A DNA stretch of 64,000 nucleotides. It comes from Takakia lepidozioides. Lineage: Eukaryota > Plantae > Bryophyta. Positions 23,197 to 33,044 of this stretch are shown here, piece by piece. The position numbers and the translations under genes were made by a program. The notes under the pieces are model-generated. The model was not told where the DNA came from and did not search any database. It saw nothing but the letters and a program-made list of their open reading frames with translations. The stretch spans positions 65,658,001 through 65,722,000 of the forward strand of contig CM060732.1 of assembly GCA_030704615.1 (NCBI GenBank), written 5' to 3'. Every line of letters begins with the position of its first letter. Within the stretch, counting starts at the first letter, position 1.

Positions 23197-23451
23197 ATGC
23201 CGACATGGCGTTACTCTGGTATATTCTTGACACATGACTCACATACCGGTTACTCTGCTATATTCATCCGGACAGACACATTGTAGAAATGAGACATCAA
23301 ATTGTAAACAGTGGGCCAATTCCGACAGTTATTCAACACAATGAAACACAATCATACAGAAGTGAGGTACGATGGGTTTATTGATCGGACACGATGTCTC
23401 ACATTTACCAACTGCAGACAAAACTAAGCCCTTCCTCCTTCTACATGGGCT

Positions 23452-24030
23452 TCACCAAGTCGACGGAACTTCGATACCCCTCAAAACAAGCTCATCACTG
23501 CTGCGGCACCTCGAGGTAAACTGCAATTCGGTCGTTCTGCTGCCCTTGCTGGAGCCGACGACAATGTCATGTCCATCAATGATACCACCATCATACATTG
23601 ACAAGGTCACTGTGGGCCTCATGTGCCCGTGCGATTCGTCTTCGCAACGCAGCCGAATGTCTCCATACACTGGAAGAGCGGAGTGATCTGCACGTATATA
23701 GTTTTCCCCGGTGCCGTCCTCCCTGGTCCACTGGCAGCAGTTCCAGCGCCAAAGCGAGGCCGTGCGTGATCTATCCGGCATCCCTTTCCAGCTTGGTATA
23801 TCGAGGTCAACAATTTTCAGGACCCACGGACCGCATTGACCCTCGCCCTCACCTCGCTCAAAGCGGTAATAGCCCTCCAGATACTCCATTGCGCGCAAAG
23901 ACTCTTGCTTGATTCCAGCAGCGTCTGTGAAAACAGAGAGCCAGACAATGATGTCTCCTGATTCTGGTTTGAACATAGCATAATCGTGGCCATGATAAGG
24001 GCAGTCGGCTGGATTTCGGCGGCACGACAT
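23452..24030 (-). CDS. Hypothetical 192-aa protein, paralog A of a divergent pair
   Basis: Intact ORF MSCRRNPADCPYHGHDYAMF...LVLRGIEVPSTW, colinear with paralog B over its full length. Confidence 0.72.
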   Translation of the reverse strand: MSCRRNPADCPYHGHDYAMFKPESGDIIVWLSVFTDAAGIKQESLRAMEYLEGYYRFERGEGEGQCGPWVLKIVDLDIPSWKGMPDRSRTASLWRWNCCQWTREDGTGENYIRADHSALPVYGDIRLRCEDESHGHMRPTVTLSMYDGGIIDGHDIVVGSSKGSRTTELQFTSRCRSSDELVLRGIEVPSTW

Positions 24031-24580
24031 CCTTGAAAAAGAGTAGCGGAGTACGCTCAATGACAGCAGCTCCCGGATGGAGGAGGAGGACCGCGGTGGC
24101 TGGAAAAAGTTCAAGCTAACGCTGCAATTCCTCACAAACACTCCAGGGCACATTTAAATTTCCCCCCTACAGGATCCTGGACCGATGAAGATTGGCTGCT
24201 GCATGAATGTAGCCGTTTCAGTTTCCTACCCTGCCATGCAAACTATGGGCAGTCACTGCCAGGTGGGCCGATAGCCACTGGACACGACGAAGTCCATCCC
24301 CTCTTCGATGTAAATGCGGCGCCGAATTTCCATCCGGGGGGATGGACTTCAGTGGCAGATCTCAAACTATAACTTGTTGATGAGAAAGATGTATGGGTTC
24401 ATCCACCGCTGGCGTGATGAACACGTTCCACCTCCGTCGGTGGGTACGTGTGACCCAGATGCTCCATTATTGGAGGCCGGACTGCTCTTCCGCTTCGCAT
24501 CATTTCCAAAATCTAAGGGCTTCGTAGCTGTCCGCAAGGTCATCGGCATCCAAGTCGTCCTCAGGTCCTCCTTTGCAAGG

Positions 24581-25144
24581 ATGCCGTGCTTCCGGAACCG
24601 GGACGACTGCCCATTTGGAGGCATCGATTATGCAATGTATTCGGCCACATCGGGAGACATTGTTATCTGGTACACAGATTACACAGAAGATACTGGTTCG
24701 ATTGTGGAAACATTGGTGGCTTTTGAGTATATCGTAGGCCACTACGCCTTCGAGCGGGGTGACGATCTTGGTCTGAGGAGTCCGTGGCTCCTGCGCATCC
24801 TCGATTCCGATTTTCCCAGCTACGACGGTCACCCATGCAGAAGAAGGCGCACTGCTATGCTGTTGCGGTGGAACTGCTGCCACTGGACGTGGGTGGACTC
24901 CATCGGAGAGACCTATTCTCCTGAAGGAGTGCGCTCCTCTTCTCCATTGTATGGGGACATTCGCATTGGTGTGGACGACGAAAACGTGAAGATTTCCATA
25001 TTCGATGGTGGTATGATTGAAGGGCAGGACATTGTGGTGAACATCACTAGGGGCGGTACAACGGCTGCAATCGACTTTACATGGAGGAGCCCCATGACTC
25101 ATGAGCTAGTTCTGAGAGCAGTCGAAGTCCCATTGACAACGTGA
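24581..25144 (+). CDS. Hypothetical 187-aa protein, paralog B of a divergent pair
   Basis: Intact ORF MPCFRNRDDCPFGGIDYAMY...LVLRAVEVPLTT. It shares DCP, DYAM, SGDI, FERG, RWNCC, YGDIR, DGG.I.G.DIVV and ELVLR..EVP with paralog A. Confidence 0.72.
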   Translation: MPCFRNRDDCPFGGIDYAMYSATSGDIVIWYTDYTEDTGSIVETLVAFEYIVGHYAFERGDDLGLRSPWLLRILDSDFPSYDGHPCRRRRTAMLLRWNCCHWTWVDSIGETYSPEGVRSSSPLYGDIRIGVDDENVKISIFDGGMIEGQDIVVNITRGGTTAAIDFTWRSPMTHELVLRAVEVPLTT

Positions 25145-25526
25145 CTTGTATTCAGTAGGCACAGGGCTCAAGATTTGATGGCACAATCAGCACAGTAGAC
25201 GTGCTTCAAATGCAATTCATGTGGATCAATAAAAACCTCATTGTGCCCTCTTTTTATTCTATTCTGTGTCCATCGTTCCCAGAATGCGTCATTGCTCATT
25301 TCGTTTGGGATTGGGAGTGTGGGTGGATTTTGCAAATGGCTGGTAGGCTGAAATGGGCCCCCATTGTACAGAGCAGTACCACCCTACCATTCGCGAAACA
25401 TTGCCTTTCAATATATAATTCTAAATAACATTGCCGAACCTCCTTCATCGGGAGGTCCTTCTCCCCCTATGACCGTGGCACCCTAAACCCTATTCCCGCG
25501 GACACTCATTTCCGGAAAATAGTGCT

Positions 25527-25594
25527 GCTCATGTTTTTTTCCACACTTACGACTCTGCTCATGGCTCATGCCGCTCATGGCTCATGGCTCATGA
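25527..25594 (-). repeat. Right subterminal heptamer array (GCTCATG)n
   Basis: Inverted counterpart of the left CATGAGC array. Confidence 0.85.
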
Positions 25595-25959
25595 AATAGC
25601 AGCCCCCGTTTTCACCTACGTAGGGTTTGAACCCAGGCTGAATTGTCGTGCCTCCCACTCTGCCGAGCCTTTTTTTAGGACTATGCGGGAGTGTGTGTTT
25701 TCTGCTAAGGTGCTGGCTCCTTCGGTGGCCTGTAACGTTACAGTGCTACGCTGTGAAGTGCGTACTTGTTTACATTGCATCAGTGCTTCACAACATTTCT
25801 AGTTTTGTCGGTGTCTCCCCACAAAATGCTTACATTTCAGCTGCTTTGGCTTCCACTCTGCATGTTATTGTAAAGGATGCCAGGGACATTTCGGAGTCCC
25901 TGCACCCGACAAAGGTGGGGACACGCACTCTACTTGCAAGCATACTTTTCGGGCCTGCG

Positions 25960-26470
25960 ATGGCGAAAGAGGTACGACTTGATGGAATTGTAGTCATGCA
26001 CAAGGGGAATGCCCCCAAGTCATATGGCATTGAGTACATCACCATGGGCGTCCCTCTTGCCATATGGAATGTGGTGGCTAGTGCAGGTGAGGACAGTGGG
26101 TTCAATGTAGACAGGACAAAGAGAGCACAAATTTTGGGGGAGCATGTGTGGATGGAGGTGAACATTCGGGAGGGGCAGGATAGGTTTTGGGTTGTGGAGG
26201 CAGATGACTCCAATGTACTTCAGAAGACACCTGTTTCCAATTTGATGAAGTGCCTGGATCGTGTTGGGAGTAGCCTGCTCGTGAAGGGCACATTCACAAT
26301 GCGCTTCAAGAAGCAGTTCCATGCTGGAGAAGCACCAGAGACTGTGCCCTAGTCCGTGGGCATCACCCCGGCTTAAGCTTTCGTGATGGACAAGACGGAC
26401 TTTGTGGAGAAAGCAGGCTTGGAGGAAGTGACTGAGAACCTGGCTGCCCTAAGGGTCAGTAGCTCTGTCT
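25960..26470 (+). pseudogene. Degenerate ORF of unknown family (MAKEVRLDGIVV...)
   Basis: Protein-like frame that continues past stops at ~26352 and ~26376 into ORF 26383. No recognised motif. Confidence 0.3.
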
Positions 26471-26916
26471 GTGTTGTTGAAGGGAGGGAGTGGAAGTGGA
26501 AGTGGGAGTGCAAGACCATAAAAAATAGGCACATGAATGTTCCTCGTACAGTGCCTTTGGATTGAGGTACAATGTCCATGTCTCTTTGCGCAGAGGTGGA
26601 ATGATGCAAGGGGCACAATGTTATTTTATCCCGCTTTAGTTTTGTTTTTTGTTTCAAGTGCACATGAAGTACAACATCCAATTTTGTGAAGGTTGCATAT
26701 TTGCATTGCTGAGTGTGATGCAATGCACAGATGAATGGTGCCATGTTGAAACTTTGCTGCATTGCTTGTGAACAACAAAATTGCTGGCACAAATGAAGCA
26801 CAACTGACAATATTGTTCGCTGGCTACTATGCCCGGTAGAATAAGGTGAAGGTTGCACATGTTCGGTCAGGTAATAGGGGTAGGACGTGTATGCTCTGCA
26901 GCCTAATTCCAAACAT

Positions 26917-29900
26917 GAAACAGCACAGTAACAATGTGAAGAGGGATAACTATGAGAAAAGATTGGAAGAAATCTTGAAGAAGTATGCCACAGAGGCTGC
27001 AACATATTGGAGGAAGGGTGTATGGTGTGCAAAGTGCCAGAATGAAGGCCATACCACAGAATGCCACATGAAGGAGAAACATTGTACTATCTGTAAAATG
27101 GATAACCATTCTATTGAGAATTGTTACTACAACAGAAGGACAGTTGCAAGAGAACCTAGGCAAGTAAGGGTGCATCAGGTGCAGCCCCAGCCAAGAAGAA
27201 ACAATGATCAGGACCACTATGGTAGGTCTGGTGGTTATAACAATGGCATGGAAGGGAGAGGTAATTCAAGAGGGAATTACCAAGGAAATTCCAGAGGCAA
27301 CTATCAGGGTAATCCAAGGGGGAATTACCAGCCCAGGAATCAGGATTACAGAAATAATCCAAGAGCAGACCAAGGGCGAGGACCCAATGGTGAAGAACTA
27401 TGTTACTATTTTGTAATCAGCCAGGACATCGCAAGGCAACCTGTTCATTCTGGATTAGACACCAGAATGAGATGAGAGCTCCTGTGAATGAGGGCCCAGT
27501 GGTGGCAACTCACATGGTTAGGCCATGTGTTGTACCAGAAGTAAGTACAATGATAGTAACAAGAAGTAAAGCCAAACTAATACCTCCAGTAGTAGAGGAA
27601 GAAGATGATAATGAAGGTGGCAGTGATATGCCTGAAGATGATGAGGCTTGGAGAGATGAGAAGGAACTGCACAAGGAAGTGGCAGATACCATAAGGGAAA
27701 TGCAGAAGAGTACTGATATTCCCGTGGCAGATTCCTCTGATTCTGATGGAGAAGAAGAAGTGAGTGAGGATGGAAGGAAGAAAGAAGATGCAGACATGCA
27801 AAGTAATGAAGAGACTTTGGCTGAAGTAATATGCCAGACCAAAGCAGAGATTACCATTGGACAGCTATTGGCTGTGGCACCTTATTATAGGCACAGGCTG
27901 TATCAAGCAATCAATCGAATTGCCCAGGAGACAGGAAACACAGACCTGAATAGCAAGGTGACCAGTTATAATGTGAAGCCGGAAGGGCGAGAAACAGTCA
28001 TGGACTTTGATGATTCTATGCCAGTAATCCAATTGAGAATTGGAAGCACAGAACTAACTGATGTACTGATAGATGGAGGTTCTGGAGTAAATATCATGAT
28101 AGACCAATTAAGGAAGAAGCTTGGTCTAAGTAACATGAAACCAGCCCCATTTACAGTAACAATGGTAGATCAAAGAAGTGTACAACCATTGGGATTAATA
28201 AGAGGAGTTAAGATACAGATACAGAAGATGATCTTTATGATCACAGTAACTGTGTTGAAGATGGATGAAGTCATGGAGGCTTACTCCTTATTATTGGGAC
28301 GTCCGTGGCTGAAACAGGCCAGGGTATTCCATGACTGGAATTCTCAGTTACTAACCGTGCATAATGGGATACACGAGATACAAATTACCACAAAGAAATC
28401 TAGTAGATTACCTGCTACGAGAAGACCTCGAGGAGTCAGAGAGTATGACTGGAGAGGAGGACTGGATGAGGAGCAGGAAGCTACCCTGTTTGCTGCACAC
28501 CCAGAGTGGGAGCAGGTTGCAGAGATGCGGCTGGAAGGCCTAAGTTGTTTAAGGGGTATCTGCTGTGGTGTAGTGTCAACAACACCGATTGAAAAGGAAA
28601 CCAACAGTTACCCATCACATTTCTATGAAGAAAAAGAAGGAGAAATGGAAATCCTAGAGGAACCGGCCACTGTGAGTTTACAGGATGAAGTGGTGACTGG
28701 TTGGACAATCACAGCTGATGAGCAAGTGAGGGAAGTGAATGTGAACTAAAGAAGAACCGAGGATGGTGAAGGTAGGAGCTGATTTGGAGCCATAATTCTT
28801 TGAAAAAGCTAAGAGTTTGTTCATCAAATACAGAGATGTATTTGCTTGGAGCTATGAGGATTTAAAATGGATACCACCTGAAATCTGTCAGCATAAGATT
28901 GAACTGGAACCGGGGTCAGTACCAATCAAGCAGGCAAGGTACAGAATGAATCCCAACTATGCACAGAAGGTTGGAGAAGAGATCAAGAAGTTGGCTGAGG
29001 CTAAGTTTATATACCCAATAGAGTATACAACTTGGTTGTCACCCATAGTGATAGTTCCCAAGAAGAATGGTAAACTAAGAGTTTGTGTGAACTACAAGAA
29101 GCTGAATGCTTGTACGATGCAGTGGCCAATCAGATACTACCTTGCTCATGGTCAGTGCCCACCAAGTTATGGAAAGGAGCAGAGAAAGAGAATTGCTATC
29201 AAGGCTTTACCTTATACTATGGTAGGAAACAGAATGTATAAGCTAGGACCTGATGGAGTACTAAAACGATGCTTGTACCACCATGAAGTAAATAAAGTTT
29301 TGGAGGAAGTTCATAAAAGAGTGGCTGGAGGTCATTTTGGAGAAGAGACTACCAGCAGGAAAATACTACATGCAGGTTACTGGTGGCCTACTTTGTTCAA
29401 AGATGTACACAAGTATTGTCAGAGTTGTGATGAATATCAGAGGCTGGGACCTTTGCAGAGATCTGGGAAAATGTCTTTGCATCCTACAATGCCTACGGAA
29501 CCATTTCAGAAATGGGGACTAGACTTTGTTGGACCAATTAACCCACCAGCCAATAACACACAGAACATGTACATAATTACAGCCACTGATTATACTACGA
29601 AGTGGGTGGAAGCTAAAGCTTTGAGGGACAACACAGCCAAGTCCACAGCAAGGTTTCTGTATGAGAACATACTTACACGATTTGGCTGTCCCTTGGAATT
29701 TATCAGTGATCAAGGAAGTCACTTCATTAATGAGACCATTGAATTGTTGACTAAAGAGTTCATGATTGTGCATAGGAAGAGTACAACATATTACCCACAG
29801 GGTAATGGGCAGGCAGAGGCTACCAACAAAATACTATGTACTATCTTGGCTAAGATAGTCAATGCAAACAGAACGGATTGGGATACAAAGCTGCTGACAG

Positions 29901-30330
29901 CTTTGTGGTCATACATGACTTCATATAAAGTCACCACTAAGTATACACCATTCCAATTAGTTTATGGTATGGAAGCCTTACTTCCGGTGGAATTCCTGTT
30001 ACCTACCATGAGAACGGAATGGGGAAAGAGAATGGAATTGCAAGATTCCATTAAGGTCAGGAAACATGAATTATACCATGTGGAAGAAGTACGTGCTGAT
30101 GCAGCTGATAATATGACCAGAATTCAGATGAAGAGAAATGAACAGTTTGATGAAGGCAAGTTAAAGACTTTTAAGACGGGAGATTTGGTTCTCTGGTTGC
30201 AGAAGAAAGGAAAGATTAAAGCTTCTAAGCTTAAATCACCATGGAAATGACCTTATGTCATACAAAAGATGTATGATAACAACACCGCCATGTTACAAAC
30301 CATTAACAAAGAGATGCTGGGAAGAGTCAA
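26917..30330 (+). pseudogene. gag-pol pseudogene (Gag, protease, RT fragment, integrase)
   Basis: YRDVFAWSYEDL...WLSPIVIVPKKNGKLRVCVNYKKLNACT runs directly into the integrase region GHFG...YWWPTL...WGLDFVGP...SDQGSHF...GQAEATNK. Frameshift at ~27410; stops at 28749 and 30250. Confidence 0.85.
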
Positions 30331-30494
30331 TGCTAATAAGTTGAAGGGGTACAGTGGTATCCATGACAAACCATTGCAGCATGATTTTCATGTTGAAACG
30401 CAAAAGCAGTCACGGGCTGCACCAGTGATACCAACGGAGTATGAAACACTTGTCGCTAAGCCGAGCATATATGACCAGGGCGGGCAGAACAAGC

Positions 30495-30648
30495 GCGACA
30501 CAGCCTATCACAGCCCATCACGGCGCGACACAACCTATCACGACCTACCACAGCGTGTCACAGCCTATCACAGCTTACCACAGTGCATCACATCCTATCA
30601 CAGCGTTCCACAGTATGACACAGCCTGTCACAGCTCAACACAGCCTAC
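30495..30648 (+). repeat. Degenerate CACAGC-containing ~10-bp tandem repeat
   Basis: GACACAGCCTATCACAGCCCATCACGGC...TCACAGC repeated about 14 times. Confidence 0.75.
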
Positions 30649-31357
30649 TAGGGTTACACAATCCATAGAATCAGTGATAGGTGGACGCAGGATAACTTCA
30701 GGGAAATGGCCGACGAAAGAAAGGACGGAAGCCAGTTTAGAAATGGACACATGGAAGTCAGGGCGCAACACACAGCTGAGAAGGAAGTGCAAGAACAGGT
30801 GTCATCAAGAAAGATGACAAGAATGGCCGTCAAAATACCTAATCAGCGCGTCAAATTGGATGAATGGCGGGCCCATTAATGAATACATAAAAGGGGCAAC
30901 AGAACAAACGGCAAGTACAGAAAAGCGAAATTCTTGTCACATGTGTAATCCTAGTGGACAATCCAGCAGGGAAAGTCCACTAAAGAAAATTAAATCTAAA
31001 ATCCAGTCACAGCGGTTACAGCCAATCGAAAGCCAGAGAAGGGATCAAGAAATTGGAGGGAAATTAAGCGCAAGAGTCGGCGTCGTTCTAAGTAACGGGC
31101 GTCGCGAAGGGACAAACCATCAATGCGATAGTTTTGAAGCTATGGAGGAACTAACAGACTATACGCTCGCAATATTACTTACGCAGTGGCATAACGACAA
31201 AAGAACAAAACGGATCTTTTCTCTTGAGCGATGCTTGCAAGCCCCGCAGGCTTACAAGAAATTACCAATAGCTTTTTGTGGCAACCATACGTTTATGCTT
31301 TGTGCACTACAGGCATTTCTTCAATTGTTACAGCCAAAACATTTCTGTGGGTCTAGA

Positions 31358-33044
31358 ATGAAGAGAGTGAGAGGAATGGAGGAAATCAGGGTGAAGAGCA
31401 CCACAATCCTGCAGAAACAAACGATTGCTACTCCACAGGCGATACAGATACTGAAGGAGCTGAGATTGCAAGGATTGCAAAGCAAAGATTGGACATTGCA
31501 CCATAGACAGTACATGTTACAATTCTTGCAGAACTTTGAGCCAAGGACAGGAGCAACGACGGTGAAGGGAGTTGAATTAGTAATTACTCCCCTATACCTA
31601 CAGCAATTGTTTCGATTGCCAGCAGGTCAGGTGCATGTGGAGGAGCACAGGGCAAGACTGCAAATAGGGGATTTATTCCAAGAAGGGAGTTTCTTTAAAA
31701 CTCAGGGTTATGCTTGTACCAAGGCCGTGTACCCAGGGCTAAAGGAGGTAGGCCAGGTATTGAACGTTCTGTTTGCCATGAAACAGAACCAACAGTATTT
31801 GAGCAGATCCTTCACAGAGGAAATACTCAAAGCCCTGAGAGGAGAAGAGGTAGAATGGGCGGACATAATGTACAACGCACTGGTAGAGGAGATGAAAAGA
31901 TTACAGGGTACTGCCGCAAAGTCTCCTATCATAGTGTCTGGCCCAATCATTGCTCAAATAATTCTTGATTCCGGCATACTTGATGCACGAGAAAGAAATG
32001 AGATGGGAGTGTTTGAGCCAGAAACCACTGCAATGGAAGAGCAAGGCTCTTCACACAGTGAGGGTGGACTGGCAGAGCTACCCGAGAATAAGAGACTGAG
32101 GCGGGGAAAGTCTGTAGTGGCGGATCCACTGGCTTCACGGAATCCGCATGATAATGTTTCCCAAGTTTTTGTGCAGGAAGGGGCACAGCAGCACAGAGAA
32201 CTGCTATTACTGGAAGCAGGACCTTCAGAAAGGGAAGAGGAAGTTACTTCAGTATCACAGCCACCACAGTTAGAGGATTGGCTTGTCACAAGGTTACCAC
32301 AAGTTGTCCATGCAGTTCAACCAGAAATAATTGATTTAGAAAAAGAAGGGTTAGATATTCCCACTACAGAACAGGTGGTGGCAGAAATTGAGAAGGGGGA
32401 CCTTCTCTATGAATATTCTGGTATGGTCAAGGACACAGTGATTCCGGAGGTGCAACAATTGTCCAGAGGAAACCCTGCGGTGCATATAGTACACACACGT
32501 GTGACGGAGGTACCATAGGTAGAATGCCAAGACACTGCAGCACCGGTGACGGATGAAGTGGTTCAGGAAGAAAACCTGGTGGGGCAATGGCCTGAATGGT
32601 TCGTAAGGCATCACAATGTTGAGGATCAGGGAGAACAACAGCAAGCTCACCAAGATGACCCTCAACAGGCTATGCTTATGAGTTCCATAAGCAGGACACT
32701 GAATTTGTTGGGTACTTATGTCAAAACCCATGTTCCCACTACTCAATTGGCAGCTTTGAGGGAGGAACTCAGGAAAGAGTTTGAGGCTCGACTTGCCACA
32801 GAGTGTGCAAACAAGGTCGATGAAGAGGTCACTCTCAAAATGCAGCAAGACTTGGAGAGTAAAGAAGCGGCTTTGCAATTGGCCAAGGAACAATTGATTG
32901 AGGCAGGCCTCGCACAAAACCACTTGCACGAAGCACATAAGCAACAGCTATACCAAATGCAAGTGAAGCATGAAAGCAAATTGCAAGAAGTGAATGCACT
33001 ACATATGGAATTGCAGACAGTGTATGACAGGATGACCATACAAT
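31358..33044 (+). pseudogene. Extra 3' ORF of the gypsy element (plant-retrotransposon accessory protein-like, coiled-coil C-terminus)
   Basis: One reading frame with a single internal TAG at 32516-32518. Motifs GVELVITPLYLQQLFRLP and EEVEWADIMYNALVEEM. Truncated by the CACTA insertion. Confidence 0.6.

Larger units (their letters stand above)
10139..25607. mobile_element. Complete ~15.5-kb Mutator-like (MULE) DNA transposon with cargo genes
   Basis: Imperfect 21-bp TIRs (GAGGTTTACTATTTCATGAGC and, as reverse complement of the right end, GGGGGCTGCTATTTCATGAGC). CATGAGC heptamer arrays lie inside both ends. The TSD is GTTTTCAC at 10131-10138 and 25608-25615 (CGTTTTCAC if 9 bp). It contains a MULE-type transposase. 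Confidence 0.9.
26880..33044 (+). mobile_element. Truncated, internally deleted non-chromovirus Ty3/gypsy retrotransposon (Tat/Athila-like)
   Basis: Gag Zn knuckles (CTICKMDNHSIENC; FCNQPGHRKATC), protease LIDGGSGVNI, RT N-terminus and integrase, followed by an extra ORF. No LTR is visible, the left boundary is approximate, and a CACTA cuts the element at 33045. Confidence 0.85.

Noticed and set aside
25618-25670. tRNA gene (minus-strand GGTTCAAACC box-B-like motif)
   Set aside because: No cloverleaf or acceptor stem can be formed by eye; at most a degenerate Pol III-like remnant.
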